A stretch of DNA of 64,000 nt from an uncultured bacterium (GCA_963840885.1 CAWJAN010000006.1:116530-180529), one strand, 5' to 3'. Positions 21,408 to 31,750 are shown, counted from the stretch's first letter. A program made the numbers and translations. Notes: a model not told the origin generated them from the sequence alone.

Positions 21408-21425
21408 ATTAAGAGATTATATAGC

Positions 21426-21449
21426 AAAAAGAGCCTTTCGGCTCCTTTT
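21426..21449 (-). terminator. Terminator-like hairpin after rpmH
   Basis: Minus strand: aaaggagcc-gaaa-ggctcttttt. Confidence 0.6.
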
Positions 21450-21582
21450 ATACGCTTAATTTTCGCCTTCCTTTGCGCATTCTCCTTTTAAGGGTGTTTC
21501 TGCCGTATTTTGTTCTTTTCCTGACCAAAAAACCATGTGTCTTGGCTCTCTTTCTTTTCTTTGGCTGATATGTTTGTGACAT
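21448..21582 (-). CDS. rpmH: 50S ribosomal protein L34 (absent from the ORF track)
   Basis: Manual translation: [44 protein letters not shown]. Confidence 0.95.
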   Translation of the reverse strand: MSQTYQPKKRKRAKTHGFLVRKRTKYGRNTLKRRMRKGRRKLSV

Positions 21583-21771
21583 AAAAAGGAGTATAAATCA
21601 AAAAATATCTTTTGTAAAGTTCAAATTAAAAAAATTTCAGTCATAATTAAGTGCCCTGCCAAGCATATTCTCGGTTGCAGCGGAAACAAAAAACATTATC
21701 AACTTTTTATAAACAATTTGTTAACAAAAATTTATTTCTATTAACCGTTTTATAATTTTATAATCAAGCCT

Positions 21772-23106
21772 ATGAACGAAAATAAATCCCTCTGGAGCAG
21801 TGTCCTGGCACAAATAGAACTTGGCGTTTCTAAGGCAAACTTCAGCATGTGGTTTAAGGATACATTCATCATGAAACAGGAGGATGGAGTAATTTACCTG
21901 GGTGTACCGAATGTCTTTGTTAAGGATTGGCTCATAAACAAATACCATAAGGATATATTGAAAAATCTCAGGGGATTCGGAGAACATATAAGGAACATAG
22001 AGTATATTGTTTCAAAAGAAGACAACAAAAATGTCCGCAAAGAAGAGCCTATCAAGATAAACGAGCTTCCTCTTAAGGATTTTTACGTAAACAAGGAAGA
22101 CAATCTGAATCCAAGATACACATTCAAGACATTCGTAGTCGGGCCGTTTAACGAGCTGGCCTTCGCTGCTTCCCAGGCCATACTCAAAAAAACGGCGGCT
22201 TATAATCCTCTTTTCATATTTGGAAGCACCGGACACGGAAAAACACACCTTATACAGGCTATAGGGAACAATTTTAAGGAAGAAAACCCCGGAAGAAAGA
22301 TTTTCTATATGACTTCCGAAACATTCACCAATGATTACCTGAATTCTCTCAATAGCGGGGAAATAAACCTTTTTAAAGAAAAGTACAAAAAATATGACGT
22401 CCTGATAATAGATGACATTCAGTTTTTGTCGGCCAAAACAAAAACCCAGGAAGAATTCTTCCATCTTTTCAATAACTTCCATGATAGCGGCAAACAGCTC
22501 ATATTTTCTTCAGACAAGCACCCGAATTTCATAACGGACATAGAGGACAGGATAAAATCTCGCTTCAATGCCGGAATGATACTGGAAATACAAAAACCTG
22601 ACTTTGAATCAAGGATACAGATACTCCGAAAAAAATCGTCGCTTATGAATCTTTCATTGACTGACGATACCGTTGAATTCTTAGCCTCTTCAGTGGAGGG
22701 AAATGTCAGGGAACTTGAAGGAATATTGAATCTGGTCCTTGTGCAGACCCAGCTCAAAAATAAAGAGCTTAATATAAACGAAATAAAGGACCTGACAAAA
22801 AACACTGTGAAACCGAAGAAAAACGTGTCTATAAAGGATATTATAAGGGTTGTTTCGGAATTTTATGATGTTGAGGAAAACAGTATTTTTGAAAAAGGCA
22901 GGAAAAAGGAGATAATAAAACCTAGGCAGATAATAATGTACATACTCAGGGAAGATTTCAATATTTCATTCCCATCAATAGGCGACAAACTTGGTAATAG
23001 GGATCATTCTACTGTTATACATTCTTATGAGAAGATAAAAAATGATTTAAAGGTCGATCCGTCGCTTGTCCAGGAACTTACACAAATAAGATCGATGTTA
23101 AAATGA
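21772..23106 (+). CDS. dnaA: Chromosomal replication initiator DnaA
   Basis: YNPLFIFGSTGHGKTHL, LIIDDIQF, NVRELEG, RDHSTVIHS. Confidence 0.97.
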   Translation: MNENKSLWSSVLAQIELGVSKANFSMWFKDTFIMKQEDGVIYLGVPNVFVKDWLINKYHKDILKNLRGFGEHIRNIEYIVSKEDNKNVRKEEPIKINELPLKDFYVNKEDNLNPRYTFKTFVVGPFNELAFAASQAILKKTAAYNPLFIFGSTGHGKTHLIQAIGNNFKEENPGRKIFYMTSETFTNDYLNSLNSGEINLFKEKYKKYDVLIIDDIQFLSAKTKTQEEFFHLFNNFHDSGKQLIFSSDKHPNFITDIEDRIKSRFNAGMILEIQKPDFESRIQILRKKSSLMNLSLTDDTVEFLASSVEGNVRELEGILNLVLVQTQLKNKELNINEIKDLTKNTVKPKKNVSIKDIIRVVSEFYDVEENSIFEKGRKKEIIKPRQIIMYILREDFNISFPSIGDKLGNRDHSTVIHSYEKIKNDLKVDPSLVQELTQIRSMLK

Positions 23107-23275
23107 TGTTGATAAATTAAAGATAAGTTTGTTAAGAAGTTTTTATAAACTGTTGTTAAATAAATAATAATAACAATAAAACAACATCTTATTTAAATTA
23201 GAAATATAAAATAATGTTTTTAAATAAAGGTTTAATAACTTATAAACAAGTAAACATACTTAATAATAAATATAT
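23107..23275. other. Probable oriC (dnaA-dnaN spacer; further boxes upstream of dnaA at 21696-21715)
   Basis: Extremely AT-rich; DnaA-box-like 9-mers at 23107-23115 (TTATCAACA, minus), 23143-23151, 23151-23159, 23240-23248. Confidence 0.8.
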
Positions 23276-24378
23276 ATGAAAATAGAGTGTGTGAAAGAAA
23301 AATTCCAATCAGCCATATCAAAAGCTGAAAAAATAGTTTCCAAAAATATAAACTTACCTGTATTATCATGTGTTTTTTTGGAAACAAAAGGAAGTAATCT
23401 TGTTATAAGGGCAACAAACCTTGATTTTGGTATAGAAACAACAATTCCGGTTAAAAAATATTCAGATGGAAAAATTTGCGTACCAGCCAATATATTAAGT
23501 TCTTTTCTAAATAATATTACAGATGATAATAATATCTCATTAGAGGAAAAAGACGGTCTCTTAAGGATTAAAACAGATAAAACTGAGGCGGAAATAAAAA
23601 CTTATTCCCCAGATGATTTTCCGACAATACCAACAATTGATGACGGTGTTGTTTGTAAAATATCTTCAAAAGACCTTCAAAACGGGATAAAATCAGTTTA
23701 TTACAGCTCATCAACCTCTAGTGTTAAGCCTGAGCTTGGCAACGAGTTTATATATATTCAAATGATGATAATTTAGTTTTTGTGGCAACCGACTCGTTCA
23801 GGCTTGCTGAAAAAACCATAAAAACCAAGAAAAAGGTAGTTTTACCAGGAATTCTAATTCCTCTTAAGAATGCCGCCGACATACTGAAGATAATAGATGG
23901 GACAGACGAAGAAATAGATATGAATTCTACAAAAAACCAAATGTCGCTGTCTTTTAACGGAATATATATGGTTTCACGGGTTGTAGATGGAATCTTTCCT
24001 GATTACAAGCAGATAATTCCAAAAGAAGAAAAAACAAAGGCCGTCCTATTAAAACAAGACCTTATCAATTCTTTAAAAATATCCAATATATTCTCAGATA
24101 ATTTCAACCAGGTGAATATTTCCGTCATCCCGTCTTCAAAAAAAATAGAGATAAAAACTAGAAATTCTAATATAGGAGAAAATACAAATAAAATAGACGC
24201 CAATATAGAAGGCGAAGAAATCGTGGTTAATTTCAATTACAGGTACATAGTAGATTGCATGGGTTCAATCCCGCAGGATAGCGTGTCTTTGGTTTTTAAT
24301 GGAATAAATAAGGCTCTGGTGGTAAGAGGGGCCACCGACAAGAGCTTCACGTACCTAGTAATGCCTATGAATAGATAA
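23276..24378 (+). CDS. dnaN: DNA polymerase III beta sliding clamp, split by a frameshift near 23740 (probable sequencing error)
   Basis: NLPVLS, RATNLD, DDFPTIP | VATDSFRLA, SRVVDGIFPDY, YLVMPM. Confidence 0.92.
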
Positions 24379-24392
24379 GTTTATTTAATAAT

Positions 24393-24644
24393 GTGTTTAA
24401 TATAGGCGAATATCTCAATAAGTTCAAAAAAATCTCGGAAAATCGGGATTTTTTAAGAAAAGCCGTTTCGGAAGCGGTTAAAAATATTTGCGGAATAGAT
24501 ATCGATCCGGAAGATATAGATGTAAGGGACGGGATAGCCAGGATAAGATCGAAGCCAATAATAAAAAACGAAATTTTCTTGAAAAAAAATAAAATTATGG
24601 ATTTTTTGAAGAATAAAACCGATAAAATAGCCGATATATTGTGA
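24393..24644 (+). CDS. Small protein, DciA/DUF721-like (tentative)
   Basis: 83 aa directly after dnaN; DGIARIRSKPIIKNEIFLKKNKIMDFL resembles the DUF721 strand-helix pattern. Confidence 0.45.
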   Translation: MFNIGEYLNKFKKISENRDFLRKAVSEAVKNICGIDIDPEDIDVRDGIARIRSKPIIKNEIFLKKNKIMDFLKNKTDKIADIL

Positions 24645-24662
24645 TTAAAGGCAAGGATTGTC

Positions 24663-27221
24663 TTATTGGATATTCAGAGGAATAGATATTTCCGCCTGGT
24701 TATAGACATTGTCGTAAACGACGGCTTTGAATGTATTTTGTCCTTGGGAGAATGAGTTTGCGGCAGACGGTATGAAGCTTGTTGTAAACGGCGATGATAA
24801 TGATGTGGCAACTAGTTCGTTATTCAGGTAATATTCGACTTTACTTATAGGGTATCTTGAAGAAATTGTCGGCGCTATAACAACCCTTTCGTCTTTATTG
24901 TAGACGGTTCCAGATGAGGGCGATATAAGAGATATTTTCGGAATATTTTGCTGTACATGCACGTTATCGTAGTAAGTCGGCTTAGTTATGAATGTTTGGG
25001 GATTTTGTGATAACCAATTTTGCACGCCGTATTCCCAGGAATCAAACTGAGGATCGTCCGACGGATTTGCGGGCGCTGGACCGAGTGGATCATTTTTGTC
25101 CACCCAATAAAGTATTGAGTGCACATTCGGAACAGCAACCTCTTCTTTTGTTTCCGGAGGCGTCATGTCTGTTGCGAGGCCGCCTGAAATCTTGTCGATG
25201 AAGTAAGTATCACTTCCTTGCCATATTCCGCGCAAGACAGGTTTTATGGTTTCATCTATCGGCTGAGGCTTTATGAAATCATCAGGGGATGAGCTTGCAA
25301 CGGCTATACCCATAAGTTGTTTCCATAAAGGAGCCACTATAAGGCCGGCAATATTTTTATGCATAGGCGTATTGTCATTATTTCCGGCCCACACCCCAAC
25401 CACGACATCTGGTGTATATCCTATGGTCCATGCGTCTCTTGAATCGTTTGTCGTGCCGGTTTTTGCGGCGACTTGCCTGTTCGGAAACATAAATACAGAA
25501 TTTGTCATTCCGTATTCCGGAGCTTTTGCAACATTATCGGAAAGAACATCGGAGATAAGCTCGGCATCATTTGACGGAATCACGCGTTCTGAGTTTGTAG
25601 CATATTGTTCTATCGTATTTCCGGAAGAATCTTGAACCGAAAGTATGCCTGTATATGAATTTCTTACTCCATCATTTGCAAATACGCCATAGGCGCTCGT
25701 AAGATCGAGAAGCGAAACTTCTCCTCCGCCAAGAACAAGCGTAAGTCCGTATTGATTAGGATCATCTGACAAGCTTGTGATTCCCATATTTTTTGCAGTA
25801 TCCAAAGAATCTTTTATTCCAGCCAAGTAAAGAAGTTTTATGGACGGAATATTGAGGGAAAGGGCCAAAGCGCTTCTGAGCGTCACTGGGCCGCGATAAA
25901 GGCCGTCGAAATCAGCCGGCATATAGCATGCACTTGAAGAAGATATGACGGCATTCGGATCTTTCTGGGTTCCGTCCGGATTGCATGTCGTTTGAAATTC
26001 TGTAGGAACATCGAATAGCGTGGTATCTGGAGTATATCCTTTTTCAAAAGCCGTTTCATAAACGAATGGCTTGAACGTGGAGCCGGGCTGTCTGTGGGCC
26101 AGGGCGACATTAAATTGCCCGTCAGTCGATGTGGAGAAATAATCACGCGATCCCACCATGGCAAGTATCTGGCCTGTTTTAGGGTCTACGGCGACAGCTG
26201 ATGCATTCGACATGTTGAAATTATCCTGGTTTGCATCCACATAATTCTTTACCGCGGTTTCCATTTGTGATTCCAGACTGTAATCGAGCGTCGTTATTAC
26301 TTTATATCCGTTTTGTTCCACAGCATCGGACCCATATTTATTTTCCAGATATTCTTTTATGAATTCCACAAAGTGCGGAGCAAGTATCCCGTATGCCGGC
26401 TGAGGAAGGAATTCCACTTTTTCCGCCACGGCCTGATTGTATTGGTCTTGAGTTATAAAATTATTCTCAAGCATCTTTTGAAGCACTAGGCGGGCTCTGG
26501 TTTCAAGATCATCAGTATGCTGGCCATAAGGAGAGTAATAGGTGGGAGCTTGAGGAATAGCAGCTATATATGCCGCTTCAGCTAAATCCACATCGGACGC
26601 TTTTTTACCAAAGAATGTTTCACTGGCTTCCTCGACGCCGTAAACATTTCCGCCGTAAGGATTTTCATTCAGGTATATGGAAAGTATTTCGTCTTTGCTC
26701 ATTTCTTTCTCAAGCTCTACGGAAAGAACCCATTCCTTTATTTTCCTGGTTATGCTTTTTTCTGTCGTAAGCAGGGAATTTTTTACGACCTGCTGGGTTA
26801 TGGTCGAGCCTCCTTGGCTGAAGCTTCCTGAAAGAAGATTCGCAAAAATCGAGCGTATTATCGACGTGATTCTTATTCCGCCGTGCTGATAGAACTGCGC
26901 GTCTTCTATCGCTACAGTGGCATTTTTTATATTCATTGATATGTCCTCAAACGGAACAACAGTCCTTTTTTCATCCTGATGTATGTCGTAAAGGAGTATG
27001 GTTCCAGTCCTGTCGTAGATTTTAGTCGATTCCACGACTTTTCTGGTTTCAAATGAGCTCAAATCCGGCAGCTTTATCGTAGATATGTAAAATGCCAGGA
27101 CGCCTCCGCCAACCAGGAATAAAAATCCGCAGGCTACCAGAATTTTTTTCTTCCAGCTGATATGTTTTGACCTTATATCACGGTGTAAGGAACTTATGAT
27201 TTTTTTCGCCTTCTCCTTCAT
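24663..27221 (-). CDS. Class A penicillin-binding protein (transglycosylase/transpeptidase) with C-terminal Ig-like domain
   Basis: AIEDAQFYQHGG, QGGSTITQQVVKN, RKIKE, SxxK (STFK), SxN (SLN), KTGT. Confidence 0.93.
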   Translation of the reverse strand: MKEKAKKIISSLHRDIRSKHISWKKKILVACGFLFLVGGGVLAFYISTIKLPDLSSFETRKVVESTKIYDRTGTILLYDIHQDEKRTVVPFEDISMNIKNATVAIEDAQFYQHGGIRITSIIRSIFANLLSGSFSQGGSTITQQVVKNSLLTTEKSITRKIKEWVLSVELEKEMSKDEILSIYLNENPYGGNVYGVEEASETFFGKKASDVDLAEAAYIAAIPQAPTYYSPYGQHTDDLETRARLVLQKMLENNFITQDQYNQAVAEKVEFLPQPAYGILAPHFVEFIKEYLENKYGSDAVEQNGYKVITTLDYSLESQMETAVKNYVDANQDNFNMSNASAVAVDPKTGQILAMVGSRDYFSTSTDGQFNVALAHRQPGSTFKPFVYETAFEKGYTPDTTLFDVPTEFQTTCNPDGTQKDPNAVISSSSACYMPADFDGLYRGPVTLRSALALSLNIPSIKLLYLAGIKDSLDTAKNMGITSLSDDPNQYGLTLVLGGGEVSLLDLTSAYGVFANDGVRNSYTGILSVQDSSGNTIEQYATNSERVIPSNDAELISDVLSDNVAKAPEYGMTNSVFMFPNRQVAAKTGTTNDSRDAWTIGYTPDVVVGVWAGNNDNTPMHKNIAGLIVAPLWKQLMGIAVASSSPDDFIKPQPIDETIKPVLRGIWQGSDTYFIDKISGGLATDMTPPETKEEVAVPNVHSILYWVDKNDPLGPAPANPSDDPQFDSWEYGVQNWLSQNPQTFITKPTYYDNVHVQQNIPKISLISPSSGTVYNKDERVVIAPTISSRYPISKVEYYLNNELVATSLSSPFTTSFIPSAANSFSQGQNTFKAVVYDNVYNQAEISIPLNIQ

Positions 27222-27285
27222 TGATTGTCGGATTATAGCACCAGATATGATAGAAAAAAAGCGTTTTTCATGCTACATTTTAAGC

Positions 27286-28491
27286 ATGAAAATCGATACG
27301 GATCTGAGTAAAATAGAGGATATTTTGACACGAAGCGTCCAGGCAATTTTGCCGTCCAAAGAACTTTTTAAAAAAGAGCTTTTGAGTGGTAAAAAATTAA
27401 AGATATATGTCGGCGCCGATGCGACAGGCGCAAAGCTGCATATAGGCCACGCTACAAATTTTATGATTCTTGAAAAATTGCGACAGCTTGGCCATGAAAT
27501 CATTATTTTATTTGGAGATTTTACTGCGCAGATAGGAGACCCAACTGGTAAAGAAAGCGAAAGAAAAAATTTGACAAAAAAAGAAGTCGAGCAGAATTTA
27601 AAGACATGGAAAAGCCAAGTGGGGAAAATTATTCCTCTCGGAAAGGAAGTAAAAATTGTCAAAAATAGCACATGGCTTTCAAAAATGAATTTTGCTGACG
27701 TGATAAACCTAGCATCCAATTTTACAGTTCAGCAGATGATAGAGCGCGACATGTTCCAGAAAAGATTAGAAGAAAAAAAGCCGATACACCTCCAGGAATT
27801 TTTTTATCCTTTGATGCAGGGGTATGACAGCGTGGCGCTTGATGTGGATGCAGAAATTGGCGGCAATGACCAGACATTCAATATGCTCATGGGCAGGACG
27901 CTTCAGAAAATAAAAAGAAACAAGGAAAAGTTTGTGATTGCAACAACTCTTCTCATAAATCCAAAAACAGGCAAAAAGCTAATGAATAAAAGCGAGGGAA
28001 TCATCATCGGTCTCGATGACGAATACAATGACATGTTCGGGAAAGTCATGGCATTACCAGATGAAGCCATTGTTTCTGTTTTTACTGACTGCACTTATGT
28101 TTCTATGCAAGAAATCGAAAAAATGAAAAAGGAACTGGAAAGCGGGACAAATCCACGAGATCTCAAGGTTAGATTGGCAAAGGAGATTGTCACTATCTAT
28201 CACGGAGCGGAAAAAGCCGGCAAAGCCGAGCAGAATTTCATAGAAACTTTTTCAAAAGGCGGCGTGCCGGAAGATATTGAGAAAATAAAAACGGAAAAAG
28301 GAAAATCATTAATGGAATTTCTTGTTGAAAACAAGATTGTGTCTTCAAAAAGCGATTTCAGGAGGCTCATTTCTGAGAATGCCATATCGGATGCCGTATT
28401 AGGCGAGAAAATAACCGATCCGAACTATAAAATAGAAAAAGAAATTTCCCTGAAAGTCGGAAAGAAAAGATTTGTTAAAATTACTCTATGA
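27286..28491 (+). CDS. tyrS: Tyrosine--tRNA ligase
   Basis: GADAT..LHIGH, YPLMQGYD, GGNDQ.FN, C-terminal S4 domain ..VGKKRF; start moved to ATG 27286. Confidence 0.95.
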   Translation: MKIDTDLSKIEDILTRSVQAILPSKELFKKELLSGKKLKIYVGADATGAKLHIGHATNFMILEKLRQLGHEIIILFGDFTAQIGDPTGKESERKNLTKKEVEQNLKTWKSQVGKIIPLGKEVKIVKNSTWLSKMNFADVINLASNFTVQQMIERDMFQKRLEEKKPIHLQEFFYPLMQGYDSVALDVDAEIGGNDQTFNMLMGRTLQKIKRNKEKFVIATTLLINPKTGKKLMNKSEGIIIGLDDEYNDMFGKVMALPDEAIVSVFTDCTYVSMQEIEKMKKELESGTNPRDLKVRLAKEIVTIYHGAEKAGKAEQNFIETFSKGGVPEDIEKIKTEKGKSLMEFLVENKIVSSKSDFRRLISENAISDAVLGEKITDPNYKIEKEISLKVGKKRFVKITL

Positions 28492-28958
28492 GAATCATCG
28501 CCATCGATCCCGGATATGAACGCCTTGGAATCGCTGTTTTGGAAAAAGAAAAGGGAAAAGAAGAACTGATTTTTTCCGAGTGTTTTAAAACATCGGTGAA
28601 AATTGAACATGCAGAGAGATTGAAACTGATAGGACAGGAAATAGAAAAAATAATAAAAAAATATAAGCCCGAAACTATGGCAATCGAAACATTATTTTTT
28701 TCCAAAAATCAGAAAACTGCAATAAAAGTTTCCGAAACAAGAGGAGTAATTCTTTACGTCGCTTCAAAGAATGATCTTGATGTAAAAGAATTCATGCCGA
28801 ATCAGATAAAGATCGCGGTTACCGGTTATGGAGCAAGCGATAAGAAACAGATTACGGGAATGGTGAAAAAACTTATAAAAATAGAAAAGGATATCGAATA
28901 TGATGATGAGTATGATGCTATAGCCGTGGGCCTTACATACTTTGCAGTGAATAGATAA
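28488..28958 (+). CDS. ruvC: Holliday junction resolvase RuvC
   Basis: IAIDPG, AIETLFF, KIAVTGYG.SDK, DDEYDAIAVG. Confidence 0.93.
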   Translation: MRIIAIDPGYERLGIAVLEKEKGKEELIFSECFKTSVKIEHAERLKLIGQEIEKIIKKYKPETMAIETLFFSKNQKTAIKVSETRGVILYVASKNDLDVKEFMPNQIKIAVTGYGASDKKQITGMVKKLIKIEKDIEYDDEYDAIAVGLTYFAVNR

Positions 28959-28970
28959 ACAAGACAAATG

Positions 28971-28999
28971 AAAGCGGCGCCTTAAGTCGCCGCTTTTTT
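28971..28999. terminator. Bidirectional terminator
   Basis: aaagcggcg...cgccgctttttt between convergent genes. Confidence 0.7.
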
Positions 29000-29004
29000 A
29001 TTTT

Positions 29005-29256
29005 CTACCACTCATCCTGCATCTTGAAATCTCCGGAGTCTAGCTCATCATCGCCGTCTTCCTCGGCAACGAATACATCTTCTTCCACAGCAGCTACCGG
29101 ATCTTCGTCGTCAAATGCATCAAGCACACCCTCGGATATGTTTCCTTCCGCCGGCGCAGCCTCTTCTTCGGCCTTGATGTCCTTTTTATCGGTTTCTTCA
29201 GCCTTCCCTTTCTTAATATCTTTTTTTGTCTTTTTATCAGCCATGTTTATTGCCAT
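29005..29256 (-). CDS. Small low-complexity protein (Lys-rich N-terminus, Asp/Glu-rich C-terminus)
   Basis: 83-aa ORF with strongly polarised charge; start may be 29244. Confidence 0.6.
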   Translation of the reverse strand: MAINMADKKTKKDIKKGKAEETDKKDIKAEEEAAPAEGNISEGVLDAFDDEDPVAAVEEDVFVAEEDGDDELDSGDFKMQDEW

Positions 29257-29336
29257 TATTTTTAATCATTCAATATTTTCCAAGAAATTAAAAAAAAAGC
29301 AAATATGCCGGACTGTGGACAACTCAAACGGCATGA

Positions 29337-29867
29337 TTAGTCGGCATTCGTATATACATCCTGGACATCTTCGTTGTTTTCCAGATCTTCAATGAGTTTT
29401 TCCAGTTTGAAGGCGTCTTCATCGGAAAGTTCCATTGCTGTCTTAGGCATCCAGCCGTCAGGGGTTTTCTCGAATGCCCATGAAGCGCTTCCGGGAGTCG
29501 CAAGAGATGCGCCGTTTTCAGAGAGAATGTGTTTTACTTCGGCAGCGGATTTATTCCTGTTTGTCGTCAGGACATCGATTATAAGCGCGGAGCCGCCAGG
29601 GCCATACGCTTCATAAACTATGGATTCCATCTGTTCCGCATCCGCCCCCATTGCTTTGCTGACCGCTCTGTCTATATTTTCACTCGGCATGCTTACGGAT
29701 TTCGCTTTTTCTATAGCAGCTCGGAGTCCTGGAGAAGAAAGATTTCCCGAGGCTTTTTTTGCTTCAACTTGGATCAATTTGGCCATCTTGGAAAACATCT
29801 TGCTTTTTTGGGCATCGGTTTTGGCTTTCTCCCTTTTTATTTTTGAAAATTTATTGTGTCCGGACAT
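29337..29867 (-). CDS. yebC: YebC/PmpR family protein, short form
   Basis: MSGHNKFSKIK, YEAYGPGG, TNRNKS, DVQDVYTN. Confidence 0.92.
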   Translation of the reverse strand: MSGHNKFSKIKREKAKTDAQKSKMFSKMAKLIQVEAKKASGNLSSPGLRAAIEKAKSVSMPSENIDRAVSKAMGADAEQMESIVYEAYGPGGSALIIDVLTTNRNKSAAEVKHILSENGASLATPGSASWAFEKTPDGWMPKTAMELSDEDAFKLEKLIEDLENNEDVQDVYTNAD

Positions 29868-29926
29868 ATTTTTAATTTTTATTTATAAAAGGACTATATC
29901 ACTAGATATGGAAAAGGAAAAGCTCA

Positions 29927-30412
29927 CTAGTTTTTCATTACCGCCAGCCATTCCTCGGGATATTCATCGACGGCTATACCAAGAGTTTTCGCGAAATTTC
30001 TTTCCCATGTTGCGCCTTTCGAGCTTTGCCAATCAGGGAGAAAGAATAGTTTACTGATTAAACCAGATTCAAAAATAGACTTATAAAAAAGCTCGAGTGT
30101 TGCCAGGTAGTAGCCGTCCACCATCAGATATTTATATGAAAGGCGTCGCATCGTTCCTTCAAAAGCCGCTTGATCAAAAACCTGTAAATCATGCTTGCTA
30201 GCGATTTTGATTGCTTCGCTTAAGCGAGCAAGGTTTTTTTCTATATCGCCGAGTCCTCCAGTAGAAACAGGACCGGCAATATATATGATAGGCTTGCCGG
30301 ATGCCCGCATTTCCTTAAGGATACTAATGCCTACTTCGGCGAGCTTTTCGAGCGTTTCCGCAGAATCGATTTCTATTTTATATTTTTTTAAGATGGGATT
30401 TATTTTTTCCAT
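29927..30412 (-). CDS. DUF4406-like / nucleoside deoxyribosyltransferase-fold protein
   Basis: IYIAGPVSTGG ... LFFLPDWQSSKGATWE..AKTLG. Confidence 0.55.
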   Translation of the reverse strand: MEKINPILKKYKIEIDSAETLEKLAEVGISILKEMRASGKPIIYIAGPVSTGGLGDIEKNLARLSEAIKIASKHDLQVFDQAAFEGTMRRLSYKYLMVDGYYLATLELFYKSIFESGLISKLFFLPDWQSSKGATWERNFAKTLGIAVDEYPEEWLAVMKN

Positions 30413-30417
30413 ATGTG

Positions 30418-31468
30418 CTATAGCAACTTACTCGGATTTTTTTTGTTCAGATGCTTCCTAGCCCTGTCTGTAGTTGTCCTTCCGCGCGGCGTTCGTTCAA
30501 TAAATCCAAGCTGCAGGAGATATGGCTCATAAACATCTTCTATGGTGGCTTGCTCTTCGGAAAGGGCAGCGGCAAGAGTATTGAGGCCCGACTGGCCCGC
30601 CATTGAATTTATCTTCTATGATTTCAAGCATTGCGCTATCGGCGCTGTTTAATCCGAATTCATCTATACCGAGCATATCTATAGCTTCTTTCACGAGTTC
30701 TTCGGTAAGGTCTTTGTTTTCTGACTTGAGCCAAGATCACGACCTCTTTTCAGGAGATAATTGGCGGTTCGCGGAGTAGATCTGCTTCTTTTGGCTATTT
30801 CTTTTTTTGCCTGCTTCGTCCATTTTCACTCCGAGAATTTTTGCTGATCGTTCTATTATTTTTTCTATCTCTTCATCGGTATAAAATTCAAGTTTGAACA
30901 CTCCACCGGAAAATCGTGAGCGAAGCGGAGCGGAGAGCATTGCGACTCTTGTCGTCGCAGCGATCAAAGTAAATGGCGGAAGCTCGAGCTGAATCGTTCT
31001 TGCGACTTGGTCCTTTGCCTATAATTATATCAAGTGGCCTGATTCCATCGCAGGATATAGGACTTCTTCAATAGTTTTGTTCAGTCTATGGATTTCGTCT
31101 ATGAAAAGTATGTCGCCAGCCGAAAGATTCGTAAGTATGGAAGCGAGGTCGCCGACTTTTTCTATTGCCGGTCCGGAAGTGGTTTTTATCTGAGCTCCGA
31201 TTTCCTTTGCTATGAGATTTGCCAGAGTCGTCTTGCCTAGCCCGGGAGATCCATAAAAAAGAATATGCTCGGGCGGGTGATTCCTTTGACGGGCCGCCTC
31301 GAGCAGTATTTTAAGATTATCTTTTATGTTTTTCTGGCCTATATATTCGTTCCAGGATGAAGGCCTGAGCGTCTGGTCTAGAAATTTTACGTCGCCGTTT
31401 AAATGGCTATTTTCATCATTATTTTCGGTATTAGGAGCCTTTTTGTCATTTTTTCTTGACATATTCAT
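30418..31468 (-). CDS. ruvB: Holliday junction branch-migration helicase RuvB, broken by several indels (probable sequencing errors)
   Basis: [37 protein letters not shown] | [14 protein letters not shown] | [22 protein letters not shown]. Confidence 0.9.
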
Positions 31469-31483
31469 ATACTATGCTAAACT
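31456..31483 (+). promoter_or_regulatory. Sigma70-like promoter divergent from ruvB, pointing into the structured spacer
   Basis: TTGACA (31456-61), 16 nt, TGcTAAACT (hexamer 31478-83). Confidence 0.55.
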
Positions 31484-31489
31484 GTCCAA

Positions 31490-31750
31490 CAGTGAGCCTG
31501 AACAGGGCTTTTTAATTTAGTCCCTAAAGTTTTTTCGAAGTTCTGGATATAAATCTCTAAACAATTTTGCTCGCAAGAGTCTACGAGTTTTTTTTCAAGG
31601 ACATTCTGGTTTATTTCTTCGGAAATACTGCTGGAGTCATCCTTAAAGGCTAACTTAACTTTTTACCGCCAGGTTTAAAGTATTGTTTAGAGATTTATGT
31701 TTTGAACTTATAAGCCGGTCCTTGAGATAGGAGCGGCATATTTTGTTTTT
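31490..31750 (+). ncRNA. Putative structured non-coding RNA (rod with central bubble), family unknown
   Basis: 28-bp closing stem 31538-31565/31682-31709 (17 bp perfect); cGCAAg and cUUCGg tetraloop hairpins; upstream promoter; downstream terminator. Confidence 0.5.
31714..31750 (+). terminator. Terminator of the putative ncRNA
   Basis: gccg-g-tcct-tgagat-agga-g-cggc followed by atattttgttttt. Confidence 0.5.

Noticed and set aside
31538-31709. tmRNA, RNase P RNA, tRNA or retron msr-msd
   Set aside because: No tRNA-like ends, no GAGGAAAGUCC motif and no adjacent reverse transcriptase; kept only as an unknown ncRNA.
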